From a virus (taxonomy: Duplodnaviria > Heunggongvirae > Uroviricota > Caudoviricetes), in the IMG/VR virus record IMGVR_UViG_2541047755_000009: a stretch of 40,602 bases of DNA; one strand, 5' to 3'. Positions 8,260 through 17,704 of this stretch are shown here, in pieces. The notes beneath the pieces were generated by a model. That model saw nothing but the letters and a program-made list of their open reading frames with translations. It searched no databases and was not told the origin of the DNA. The translations under genes and the position numbers were made by a program. Numbering within the stretch: the stretch's first letter is position 1; every line of letters starts with the position of its first letter.

Positions 8260-9125
8260 TGTTGTTAGCTCTTCTAATTATCCCCATTCTGGTTAGTGGT
8301 TATATTATGATAACCGCTAACCAGTATCATTATTTCCGTTTATACCGACATGAAGGCCAGCTTCTTTATATGAAAGTAGCTGCATTAGGTACATATTGCC
8401 TTGTTGCTTCGGTAATAATTGCCGCATTTATAAAATATAAATATCCTGATTTTCACCTAGTTCACGATATGGTGGAAACTTTTAATGTAACGTCAAAACC
8501 AGAAACAGATAGAATTTACATGTGGCTGCTTCTTCTCTCAGCCACATCCATTTGCTTCTCTTTGTGTTATGTGTCTGTTGTGTGGGTGAAAGATTTTCTT
8601 CTTGGTTGTTTTTATAAACGTGATATTTATGAGCAAAAAACAGAGGCAATGAAGGCCAGAGTACTGCGAAAAACTTACTCGCAAGGTTCTTTAGACTTAC
8701 TATTGCTTGATGCTATTGAATCGGATCCTAAACGACCAATGCTGATTACTTTATCATCAAACAAAGTGTATGTTGGAATAATAAATGGTTCTGGTGAACC
8801 AACGGAAAATCAGGGTCCGCATCAGCACATATCTTTTGTTCCTTTAATGTCAGGATACAGGAACAAAGACAACTTATCTGTCACATTCACTAATGCTTAT
8901 CCAGGAGAAATACAGGTCAAGCGGACTGCAGCAATAAGAGGAATTAGCAGAAAGAAAGTGCCAGGACTTGAGATCATGGTGTCTATTGACGAAATAAGTT
9001 ATATATCATGGTTTGATTTTGAAGTATATAAAGCAACAAATAACAAAGTAGAATCCAGGGGGCACGTTATTCGTGTTACCAAAAATGGAAGAAATATATA
9101 TCAAAGAAATAGCAAAAAAGAATAG
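8259..9125 (+). CDS. membrane-anchored protein, 3 N-terminal TM helices plus about 180-aa soluble domain (unknown function; exclusion/defense candidate)
   Basis: 288 aa; GTG start coupled to upstream stop; visibly AT-rich codon usage unlike the neighbouring phage genes; intrinsic terminator directly downstream. Confidence 0.65.
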   Translation: MLLALLIIPILVSGYIMITANQYHYFRLYRHEGQLLYMKVAALGTYCLVASVIIAAFIKYKYPDFHLVHDMVETFNVTSKPETDRIYMWLLLLSATSICFSLCYVSVVWVKDFLLGCFYKRDIYEQKTEAMKARVLRKTYSQGSLDLLLLDAIESDPKRPMLITLSSNKVYVGIINGSGEPTENQGPHQHISFVPLMSGYRNKDNLSVTFTNAYPGEIQVKRTAAIRGISRKKVPGLEIMVSIDEISYISWFDFEVYKATNNKVESRGHVIRVTKNGRNIYQRNSKKE

Positions 9126-9146
9126 CCCGCGCTGCGGGCTTTTTTG
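9125..9146 (+). terminator. rho-independent terminator of the accessory cassette
   Basis: GCCCGC-gct-GCGGGC followed by TTTTTTG. Confidence 0.7.
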
Positions 9147-9217
9147 TGGACGAAACAAAAGCCAGTGCTACACTCATTGACGCCACATTGAGGTGGCTTA
9201 TAGATGGAAATTTCACA

Positions 9218-9379
9218 ATGAAAAAAGCATTTGCTGCACTGTTCGTTTTGTTGTCTCTGGTAGCTTCAACTCAGGCCTTTGCCGGTCGTTGTCAGCACGA
9301 CAGCGATACTGCCGCTGACGGCTCCCGCTGCGGTGGGCGTTCTGCGGATTCCCGCCCGGGTGGCGGTGGCATTCGTTAA
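9218..9379 (+). CDS. small secreted Cys-containing peptide (hypothetical)
   Basis: MKKAFAALFVLLSLVASTQAFA signal peptide then about 30 aa Gly/Arg/Asp-rich; start chosen at the internal ATG of track ORF 9146-9379. Confidence 0.35.
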   Translation: MKKAFAALFVLLSLVASTQAFAGRCQHDSDTAADGSRCGGRSADSRPGGGGIR

Positions 9380-9401
9380 AAACAAGGCCGCGAAAGCGGC
9401 C
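9380..9401 (-). terminator. terminator at the end of the minus-strand late operon
   Basis: GGCCGC-tttc-GCGGCC followed on the minus strand by TTGTTTTT. Confidence 0.6.
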
Positions 9402-9402
9402 T

Positions 9403-9414
9403 GTGACATGTCAC
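9403..9414. repeat. 12-bp perfect palindrome GTGACATGTCAC, copy 1 of 3
   Basis: identical 12-mer also at 26972-26983 and 29237-29248. Confidence 0.8.
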
Positions 9415-9707
9415 GTCCCTTTTCTGAATGATAGCCATTCGAAAAATGATGACATTCCACCGCAGACAATAGCAAAGATGATCCCACCAAAGAAGAGAAG
9501 GCCAGCCTGCCACCACTCCCACCGCCATACATCCACAGCGCCAACCATACCAACAATCGCTCCAACAAATGGAATATAGCTCACGATGAAAGCAATGGGG
9601 GCTGCAATTATCCAGTGCAATCCCCACCATGATTCAAGCCCAGCCATAATTGCTGCCAACTGAAAAAGACCAACGACGATATAAACAATGAATCCTATAG
9701 CTTGCAT
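9411..9707 (-). CDS. Trp-rich small membrane protein (about 3 TM helices), function unknown
   Basis: 98 aa; ATG start; last gene of the minus-strand operon before the terminator. Confidence 0.55.
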   Translation of the reverse strand: MQAIGFIVYIVVGLFQLAAIMAGLESWWGLHWIIAAPIAFIVSYIPFVGAIVGMVGAVDVWRWEWWQAGLLFFGGIIFAIVCGGMSSFFEWLSFRKGT

Positions 9708-9719
9708 GTAGTCACCTAT

Positions 9720-9893
9720 TTACCCAGTAAAAATAAGAGGCCTCCCCTCAATAAGGCTTGCAACAAGAACTACTCCCTGCACAACAAAGATGAACCAGCA
9801 AATAGCTTGAGTCTGAGGGTTAAGAAAATATTTGTAGCGGTCAATAAATAACAATACACCAGAAATTATCACACTCAAAATAATTAAAAACAC
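9720..9893 (-). CDS. possible 57-aa hydrophobic peptide (GTG start)
   Basis: not in ORF track; AAGGAAG motif 4 nt before GTG; two hydrophobic segments; directly precedes the 9411-9707 gene. Confidence 0.3.
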   Translation of the reverse strand: MFLIILSVIISGVLLFIDRYKYFLNPQTQAICWFIFVVQGVVLVASLIEGRPLIFTG

Positions 9894-9902
9894 AACACTT
9901 CC

Positions 9903-12377
9903 TTATTGCGGAGTGACATCCTGAGGTCGCCACCAGTATGTCTGGTTAAACTCTTTCTTCGAACGTTGCTCCATTTTACGCAAATAGCCTGGTGAAAAAT
10001 ACTCCTGCATCTGGTTAAAGATCATGTGATCGAGAGCCGCCTTCAAGTACCAGAGATTCGCACCAGGCATCAAACCTTTCCCCAGCTTCACCAGATCACC
10101 ACCAGTCTGCTCACTCTTCCCTTCCACAGCATTTAACGGTATGCCCTGAGCAATCTTCACTACGTCATCAACTAGACCAGCTACCGGGCCAAGCATCGAC
10201 GCCAGCGCGCCGCTTCCGTACCTAGTGTGATCTGACAATAAAAAGTCACCGTAAAGGCCAAGACCACCACCTTTCAGTAGAGCACCAAGCCAGAATTTTG
10301 CGGCATCTTCTCCTGTCATCTCTCGAGGATTACGACCAGACGCAAGGTCGTTAAGTTGTTGCGACAAAGCGCCAAGAATGGTCGTACTGGCAATAAACGT
10401 CGCAATATATGCCGCACGCCCACCAGCAGACGGCATACCCATAGCGCGTGACCAGTGACGCATAACAACCGAGATAGGGAACGATTTAAACAGGAAAACA
10501 CTTCTCGTTAATTCACCTTTCCATGTTCCACGCTGAATACCAGAACCGGTTATCAGTTGCTCACGTGCTCCCGGTGTAATAACAGCCATATCAACTTCTT
10601 CAGTTACGGCACCGAGCAGTTTACGCATTGCCTCAAATTTCACGCGTTCAGGCTCACCAAGATGTTTAACTGCTGAATCAGGGATACGCATAATGCTTTC
10701 CGGTGTCAGCATCGTATTATTACCGTTCCCCCAGTCCTCCTGTTGCGCCAACTTCCATACGCTCCAGTCTGTGTCAGTAATCCCTTTGCTTTTCAGGATA
10801 CGAAAATCAGAGTCATCGAGGCGACGAAGGTCTGGTGTCCGTGACACTACTTCTCCCAGGCTTCCCATCATGGTTACGCCATAGGCGCGCTTGTGCGCAT
10901 CTGACCATGCTGTAAGCCCACTGGCACGCATTACCGCCGTTGCAGCCCAACGAGACACAGACGGCCCCATATTATCCATCGCCCAGCGGTTAACGCTGCC
11001 AAGTAGAGATTCCATCGCCAGACCAGCGCGGCGCGCCCGCGCAAGTTCTGTACGGTTCGTTGGGTCCATAGCTTCAAGCTGGTTGCGGAATAACTGGTTC
11101 ATTGGAAGGTTGGTAACCTTCGCAGACAGATACATGGTTCCAAGATCAGAGAACGATGACAGCAACGCGGATCCGAGTCTGCTGGCAACCAGCCAGTTGC
11201 GGATATTGTCAGACCATCGCGCGATGTGCGGATTCGCTACAGGCTGTGTCTTTCCGGAAATAAAGTTGTACAGATTCTCTGTGTTGTTCGCCAGCCGCTC
11301 GACTTTACCGGTTTTACTCGGGTTAGCTGTTGCCGTTTCTGCCTTCACCTGATCAAGAAGAGAGCGGAAAACATGATCGGGGTTTGGACCATATGTTTCC
11401 ACCAGTGCAATATCTTTACTGATACCTTCCAGGTGACCGACCATGATTTCCCATAGAGAGCGATCGCCATAAAGTTGCTGATATTGCAGATAGGAATCTG
11501 CATCTTTGAAATGTATCTGTCGTGATGCATTACCACGGTTAGCACGTGCGCCGGAAATTCGCATTCCGGTATCAGTAAGCTTATTCAGCCCACCAGTAGC
11601 GATCGTGTTATAAGCCTCTCCAAGAAATGCAGACAACTCGGCATCGTTCATCAGTTGTCCATCGGCTCGGGTATAATATTTGCGATCCAGCTTACCTATA
11701 ACATCGCTAACCCATTTATCTTTTGATACCGCCCCAACCTTTTCCATAGAATGATGTTGAGGGATCCCCCAGTTTTCGAGATAGCCAATGTCCCCACCAG
11801 CATCATTAAACCGGCGGCGCAGTAGCTCTGTCACTTCTCTCCACGCCTTAGCACCTTTTCTTGCTTTAGCATTGCCAGTATTTTGCCCCCGCATTTCATA
11901 TACCAGGTCACGTACGCCCGCTTCATCTTCAAACAGACCAAAAAAGCGAGGATCAACTGCTTCGAATGCCTCCTGCAATTGACTCAATGCATAATCACGG
12001 GTGGCTTTTGTTCTGGATTCAACAGAGAGGAAATTCGATTTACCGTCTGCATTAAAAGCAATAGTACGGTTAAGAGCGCCAAGTTTCCCATCAGCCCCTT
12101 GATAGCTATTGATAAATTTATCCAATCTCTGACGTGCGGCTATAGTGAGGGCCACACGACGTTTCTTTAATGCCGCTTCTCGCTGTAATTCTTCAGATGC
12201 CAATTGTGCTGCACGATACAGCCGCTCTGATTCGGAAAGTTGTCGCCACGACATCGGGTCATCACGAGCAATGGAGCGCATATTTCGATAAATGCGGTCT
12301 TCAATGTTCTGTATTTCTCGCGCCGTTAACGTGCGCTGCGCCGCCTGCTGGACCGCTTGTATACATTCCTGTCTCAT
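9903..12377 (-). CDS. large virion protein (internal/ejection or tail protein)
   Basis: 824 aa in the late structural operon; position analogous to podovirus ejection proteins; no motif recognised. Confidence 0.55.
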   Translation of the reverse strand: MRQECIQAVQQAAQRTLTAREIQNIEDRIYRNMRSIARDDPMSWRQLSESERLYRAAQLASEELQREAALKKRRVALTIAARQRLDKFINSYQGADGKLGALNRTIAFNADGKSNFLSVESRTKATRDYALSQLQEAFEAVDPRFFGLFEDEAGVRDLVYEMRGQNTGNAKARKGAKAWREVTELLRRRFNDAGGDIGYLENWGIPQHHSMEKVGAVSKDKWVSDVIGKLDRKYYTRADGQLMNDAELSAFLGEAYNTIATGGLNKLTDTGMRISGARANRGNASRQIHFKDADSYLQYQQLYGDRSLWEIMVGHLEGISKDIALVETYGPNPDHVFRSLLDQVKAETATANPSKTGKVERLANNTENLYNFISGKTQPVANPHIARWSDNIRNWLVASRLGSALLSSFSDLGTMYLSAKVTNLPMNQLFRNQLEAMDPTNRTELARARRAGLAMESLLGSVNRWAMDNMGPSVSRWAATAVMRASGLTAWSDAHKRAYGVTMMGSLGEVVSRTPDLRRLDDSDFRILKSKGITDTDWSVWKLAQQEDWGNGNNTMLTPESIMRIPDSAVKHLGEPERVKFEAMRKLLGAVTEEVDMAVITPGAREQLITGSGIQRGTWKGELTRSVFLFKSFPISVVMRHWSRAMGMPSAGGRAAYIATFIASTTILGALSQQLNDLASGRNPREMTGEDAAKFWLGALLKGGGLGLYGDFLLSDHTRYGSGALASMLGPVAGLVDDVVKIAQGIPLNAVEGKSEQTGGDLVKLGKGLMPGANLWYLKAALDHMIFNQMQEYFSPGYLRKMEQRSKKEFNQTYWWRPQDVTPQ

Positions 12378-12382
12378 TTAAT

Positions 12383-14185
12383 TTAACCTCTCAAGAAACA
12401 CGCCACAGCAACATCAAACAGGCTGGAATCCTGTATTGCCTGCTCACTTTCCCTGTTCGCTTCATCCAGTACTTCACGCGCACTGCGCGATTGTGGATTA
12501 CCATCATCATCCAGCACGGTGATTATCATGTCAGGTGATTCAAGCAGCGAGTCTTCAGCTATACGCAGATCAATATCTCCTGCCGGATCTGCCATCATTT
12601 TTTGTTCTGTCTGTTGCAATATCTTACCGGGCTCAAAAGGAGCTACTTCTTCTGGCGTCCTGACCTCTGCTGTTTTATAGAATGAAACAGCCTGAGCATT
12701 AAGTTCACTTTCTGCCTGCTGTCGTCGTGCCAGTTCTGCTCGAGCTTCAAAAAACTGACCTCCAGGCTCGTGCGGCGCCAACGCGTTACGAGAAAATTCC
12801 AGGCGTTCTTGTGCCTGCCGGATTCGTTGGTCAATATCGCGAAGTCTGGCCTGTTTATCTGATCGAGCACGAGATAAAGCCTTACCGCTACCGGTTGGCT
12901 CTTCTGCAAGAATTTGTGCGCGCTGTTCAGTGAGATTTTCAATAATTCGTTGGCTATTAGCGATTTCAGACTGGTAAACCTTTCTATCGCCACGCGACAA
13001 AAGCTGCGCGGCCTGTTCTTCAAGCAACCGATTTTCTATAGCGCGCGCCGTTACTCCATCATCTACAGATGACAGAGCCTCATTAACTGCCTGAGACAGC
13101 AGACTCTTGCGCCCAGGAATTTCACTGAAAGATGCAGACTCAACAATGCTGGCAACGTCTACAGGTCTCCCCTGGCTAACATCAGACATGGCTTTTCGCA
13201 GAGCCTGAATGTGCGAATTACGCGAAAGCACGTTGATCGGAACGCCGGGAGCAATATCAATTTCAGCATGATGAGCGGCATTCGCCGCCAGTGCAGCATC
13301 AATATCAACTGGTGAAAAATTTGGTGCGCTTGTAGACTCGCCGCGAGAGTTAATAAATCTGCCGACACCACCAAACGCCACCCCAAGAACAGCATCAATA
13401 GCAATTGCCTGTCGATCCAACACATCATACTGGTTAGCCATTTCGCTATAGCCACCATCACGAAGCGTTTTTGCAGTAAGCCCACGCTGTGCCATACCGA
13501 ACGCAATATTTGTACCTGCGGCATAGGCAATATCTGGCGTTGCACGTACTGCTGTTGCTGCGGCGCGTCGCACTGAACTTTCACCCGTCCGCGCAAGCTG
13601 AGCCGCCACACCTTCCGCCAGCGCACCACCAGCACGTAACCCGAGGCTCATAGGGATCAGTGTTCCGGCACCAGCAGTAATACCCTGCACTAATCCCGCT
13701 TCCTGCGCCGTCCTGAAATCAACACCCTGTGCTGTCAACCGTTCAAACTCAGAAAAACCCTGTAGAGAAGTTACCGCCGCAGCACCTCCGACCGGACCAC
13801 CGAGCGTTGTACCGACAACAGCCTGCCCGCCCATATCGAACAACCCATAAAGGACCTGCCCGGCGGTTCCGGTTGTCGCGGCATCAGGCGTCAGCCGCTT
13901 AACCTGCTGCTCTGCTAGTTTTCTCTGCTCAGCAATGTATGAAACTGAAGTGTCATTGAGCGAGGTGTTTTCGTTAACAAGCTGAGCAATCGGGGATACG
14001 ATTTTATCCATCCCTGCCCATAGCAACTGATCTGGCTTTGCCACCAGCCCGGAGTACAAACCAGACAATGCCGCTCCTACAGCATTGTCGAAAAAACCAA
14101 CATCGCTGTTAAAGCCAACTGGATTTGATGCTGCTTCGTCAAGCTGCTGATTCTGGTTTACTGGATTAAGGCCAAAGTAACTCAT
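12383..14185 (-). CDS. virion protein (ejection/tail), Ala/Gly-rich
   Basis: 600 aa; start overlaps the upstream stop (ATGA); late operon. Confidence 0.55.
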   Translation of the reverse strand: MSYFGLNPVNQNQQLDEAASNPVGFNSDVGFFDNAVGAALSGLYSGLVAKPDQLLWAGMDKIVSPIAQLVNENTSLNDTSVSYIAEQRKLAEQQVKRLTPDAATTGTAGQVLYGLFDMGGQAVVGTTLGGPVGGAAAVTSLQGFSEFERLTAQGVDFRTAQEAGLVQGITAGAGTLIPMSLGLRAGGALAEGVAAQLARTGESSVRRAAATAVRATPDIAYAAGTNIAFGMAQRGLTAKTLRDGGYSEMANQYDVLDRQAIAIDAVLGVAFGGVGRFINSRGESTSAPNFSPVDIDAALAANAAHHAEIDIAPGVPINVLSRNSHIQALRKAMSDVSQGRPVDVASIVESASFSEIPGRKSLLSQAVNEALSSVDDGVTARAIENRLLEEQAAQLLSRGDRKVYQSEIANSQRIIENLTEQRAQILAEEPTGSGKALSRARSDKQARLRDIDQRIRQAQERLEFSRNALAPHEPGGQFFEARAELARRQQAESELNAQAVSFYKTAEVRTPEEVAPFEPGKILQQTEQKMMADPAGDIDLRIAEDSLLESPDMIITVLDDDGNPQSRSAREVLDEANRESEQAIQDSSLFDVAVACFLRG

Positions 14186-16695
14186 TGCGGAATATCTCCG
14201 GAGAATCTCTGACGCTTCTGTGTCAGATCAAGAACAACGGGAGAACCATCATCTTTTAGCAGATAACCAGTACCAAGTTTCACCAGGTACTGACTATCGC
14301 CGTAACTTTGCAAACCATACTGACCAGGCGGTGTTTTTATCCCTGTGCCAACAACTTGTTCATTCCAAGCCTGATTAACCTGCTTATCGAATTGCTCTGC
14401 AGACATTCCCCACGGCAAAAGAACATTCCCCATTCCGTTATAGTCATGCACGCCACCTGTAGCTACGTTAACAGCCTGTTTCCAGATATCATTGTCAATT
14501 TCGCCTGATACCACGCCTTTTTTCGCCATCACACCAGCGTAATAGTCCTTTGCGATCTCGTATGCCATTGATGCCCCCTGAGCATCACCAGCAAATGCAT
14601 TCTTCACCATGTCAGAAAACTCAAGGCGAAGATCAGCATCTTTAGGCATCGGAATACCTTTCTCGTCATCAGTACCTTTACGAGCCGCCGCGCCAGCAAG
14701 AATTGTCTGCGCAGCGGTTTCTGGAGACACGGAAACATCCGGATTAAACCAGTTTTTTTCTGCCAAAATACCACCTGGCTTATCCATCAGTATCCCGGCA
14801 ACGGCAGCAGATGGAGCGTTGGCACTGATCTGCTGTAGTGCTGACATATACACCTGCCCACCACCAGTGCTCTGCCTGATGGTATCGAGATATGCTGCCT
14901 GTTGGGAAACGGGCGCATCACGAAAGAAAACACCGATCTGATTGGCCTCGTCTTTGGAAAAGAACGTCAGTGGAGTGCCATATGACTTAGCAAGGTCACT
15001 GACCTGAGCAGCACGCAAGGCAACGCTCTGTCCAAAGTTATCCTTATTGCTCATGTCGATAGGCTTTGCCTGTCCGGCGGCAAGAGAGAACTGTACAGGA
15101 TCAGCCTGTCGCTGCTTTATCACCTGACTTGCAGCCGACACAACGTTGTCATAAAGAGCGGCTCGTGCCGCATAACCCTCCCCTGTCTCACCAGTATCCG
15201 GGCGTAATTGCTCAACATATGCTGTAATGCTGCTTGTCGGCATGTTGCGGAAAGAGCCTATATACTGTCCGGCGATTTGCGTATTTCTGAACTCGGTATA
15301 TCGCAGGTTTCCTTCTCTTACTCCATAAGCTGCAATAAAATCAGCCTCACCAGGTGGGTTAGGAAATTCAACGCCACGCATATACGCAGCTGTCGCATCG
15401 CGAACCTGGCTGTCAATCATCGTTTTATATTCAGCCTGCTGCTGCCGACGCAGTTGATCCGCCTGTCGCATAAAACTTGCCTGCGCCTCAGGAGATGCCG
15501 CATCGAATGCTGCATTACCGGTATAGCGTTTGGTGTTGGTTGGAATTGTTGATAAACCAAGTGCTGCACTGACACCAGCAGTTAACTGCTGATCACTGTA
15601 TGGCTGGCTACCGTTCTCATGATGGATAATGGCTGCACAAAGCGCCTTCAGGGTATCAGGATTAGATGCATCGAGAGGCTCATCAGCAGAAACGCCAAGT
15701 TGTTCGCACACTGCTTTGATATACGACATAGTGTCATTTTTATCAGCAGGCGGTGCCCAGCGATTAATTATCTCGCTGACGGTATCAATACCCTGCCTCT
15801 GATACGACATCAGGTTCCGCCCTAATGCACGAATCCCGTGTTCAGGTGTTTCGAATTTAGCAAATCGACCATCATCACCGGTCTGGCCTACCCACGGATT
15901 AGTTTTGCTGTATTCGAGATTTCCTGGGTTATTGTTGCGTATGCCACGGGCACGCTCGGAAGAGTCACTATCTGCTACAGCACGGCGAGCTCCAGCAGCA
16001 GTATCACTTAACTCGCCATTACTTTGGATGAATGCGGTCGCATTGTTTGCCGACCACTGGGACAATGCGGCATCAGCAACCTTCTCTTTAAACTCGATTT
16101 TCTTGGCCTGGATTTGCTCGTCGCTCCAGCCATGCGCAATGCCGTAATCCTCAATTTGCTGGAAAGTTTGCTTATTAGCCAATACGTATGCGGCGTTGTC
16201 GCCATACAATGCTGCGGCATTTTTACCATTGTTCAGCAGCGTCGCCTGAAACTGGCCTTCTTCGTAGGCATTTATTTGCCCTATCTCGTGCCGCCCGGCC
16301 TGCGTAGTGAACTGAATGCGCTGCTGCTGCGCCTGCTGCATGAAAGCATTACGAGCCTGTTCATCCGGCAGCGACATAGCCAATTGTTCGACCTGAGCAT
16401 CAAACTGCTGCGTATACTCATGGCCTTTTCCAATAGCATTTTTCCCTTTCAGGTTAAGCAATCCTGTTTCAGGATTATTCAGCAAATCACTGCTTATCTG
16501 ACTGAGGTTAAGAGATGCCTCCTGAGCCAAGGCAATATTGGCACGCTGTTTTGCCTGCCCAAAAACATCAATTGCCTCTTCCCCTGCCAGAACAAAAGCA
16601 TCACCAATACCTGGCTGAGAAAACGTCTGCAAGCCTGCTGACTGAACTCCACGGCTCTCAACCTGACGTCCGGATACTGTTGGTACGACTGGCAT
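14182..16695 (-). CDS. large virion protein, possible cell-wall-degrading ejection protein
   Basis: about 838 aa from ATG at 16695 (GGAGGA RBS; overlaps upstream stop as TAATG); internal IRNNNPGNL-containing segment that I tentatively associate with virion peptidoglycan hydrolase domains. Confidence 0.5.
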   Translation of the reverse strand: MPVVPTVSGRQVESRGVQSAGLQTFSQPGIGDAFVLAGEEAIDVFGQAKQRANIALAQEASLNLSQISSDLLNNPETGLLNLKGKNAIGKGHEYTQQFDAQVEQLAMSLPDEQARNAFMQQAQQQRIQFTTQAGRHEIGQINAYEEGQFQATLLNNGKNAAALYGDNAAYVLANKQTFQQIEDYGIAHGWSDEQIQAKKIEFKEKVADAALSQWSANNATAFIQSNGELSDTAAGARRAVADSDSSERARGIRNNNPGNLEYSKTNPWVGQTGDDGRFAKFETPEHGIRALGRNLMSYQRQGIDTVSEIINRWAPPADKNDTMSYIKAVCEQLGVSADEPLDASNPDTLKALCAAIIHHENGSQPYSDQQLTAGVSAALGLSTIPTNTKRYTGNAAFDAASPEAQASFMRQADQLRRQQQAEYKTMIDSQVRDATAAYMRGVEFPNPPGEADFIAAYGVREGNLRYTEFRNTQIAGQYIGSFRNMPTSSITAYVEQLRPDTGETGEGYAARAALYDNVVSAASQVIKQRQADPVQFSLAAGQAKPIDMSNKDNFGQSVALRAAQVSDLAKSYGTPLTFFSKDEANQIGVFFRDAPVSQQAAYLDTIRQSTGGGQVYMSALQQISANAPSAAVAGILMDKPGGILAEKNWFNPDVSVSPETAAQTILAGAAARKGTDDEKGIPMPKDADLRLEFSDMVKNAFAGDAQGASMAYEIAKDYYAGVMAKKGVVSGEIDNDIWKQAVNVATGGVHDYNGMGNVLLPWGMSAEQFDKQVNQAWNEQVVGTGIKTPPGQYGLQSYGDSQYLVKLGTGYLLKDDGSPVVLDLTQKRQRFSGDIPQ

Positions 16696-17240
16696 TATAA
16701 TCCTCCGGGTAATCTGGTTCCTGCTGCTGCCCCGATTGGCGCAGGAGTGCTTTGAGTAAACGGACTCCACGTCCCACCAAACATCTGGTACGCACCGTAT
16801 GCCTTCAGAGGCGCAGTGAGCAATGTTGTTGCTGCTCCCACATTCCCCTGTTTACGGGCTGAACTGGCTTCTGCTTTATAGTTAGCAGCCTGCATCTGAT
16901 AACCGTAAGCCTCGCGTTGCGCATTATTCACCGTCGTCAGAGAATCAAGAGCGCCAAACTGAGCTGTGTCGCCAAATATATCCAGCGCGTTACCGGTAGA
17001 TAAATCGGCGCCGGTCGCCCCCATTGTCGCCGCCTGTGTACCAAGCCGCTGTCGGGTCTCTCTGCGCCGTTGCTCAGCTTCAGCGTTACCTCTGTTTATT
17101 GCATCATTTGCCTGAGCTGTGGCTATATCTGCGTTCGCTTCTGCAACCTTCGAGGCATACTTTCCCTGTTGGTACTGGGTGTATGCCTGAATGCCACTCA
17201 TGGCGAGCATTGCGCCACCAGCAATAACCGGATCGCACAT
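16695..17240 (-). CDS. virion protein (hypothetical)
   Basis: 181 aa; overlapping start/stop with neighbours in the late operon. Confidence 0.5.
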   Translation of the reverse strand: MCDPVIAGGAMLAMSGIQAYTQYQQGKYASKVAEANADIATAQANDAINRGNAEAEQRRRETRQRLGTQAATMGATGADLSTGNALDIFGDTAQFGALDSLTTVNNAQREAYGYQMQAANYKAEASSARKQGNVGAATTLLTAPLKAYGAYQMFGGTWSPFTQSTPAPIGAAAGTRLPGGL

Positions 17241-17704
17241 TATTTTCTCTCCATGTGAAATCTGTGGAAATTAAGACCAAGAGCACCATAAGGCGCGGCT
17301 TCTTCAAGCCTGAATCCAAGCCAGTGCAGCCATGCTTTGGCAACATGGTTTCGCTCGTCGACATAGTTTTCCAGGCGCGGATAAACTGCCAGCATCTGCT
17401 GCAATACAGGGCGGCAGTGGCGAAGAAATGTCTTCTGATATTTTTCGATACGGCTGGTTCCGACCAGCCAGGGCGTACCATTGCCACCGATCATTGACGC
17501 CGGAGATACGCCAAACATGGTTACCAGTTCTCCGTTCGCAAATCCTGACCAGGCCATAGTCGCAGTACGCAGACCAACACGCAGCGCATCTTCGGTAGTC
17601 ATCAGTGATACCGCATACAGTTCGTCAATATCAGCCTGACGAACATCCGGCAAAATCATCTGAAGATGCTCTTCGGTTGCGGGAATAATTTGAACATAGA
17701 TCAT
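17240..17704 (-). CDS. virion-associated protein (hypothetical)
   Basis: 154 aa; start/stop overlaps on both sides. Confidence 0.5.
   Translation of the reverse strand: MIYVQIIPATEEHLQMILPDVRQADIDELYAVSLMTTEDALRVGLRTATMAWSGFANGELVTMFGVSPASMIGGNGTPWLVGTSRIEKYQKTFLRHCRPVLQQMLAVYPRLENYVDERNHVAKAWLHWLGFRLEEAAPYGALGLNFHRFHMERK

Noticed and set aside
9403-9414. GTGACATGTCAC as a CRP or FNR site
   Set aside because: CRP needs TGTGA-N6-TCACA and FNR needs TTGAT-N4-ATCAA; the half-site spacing here fits neither
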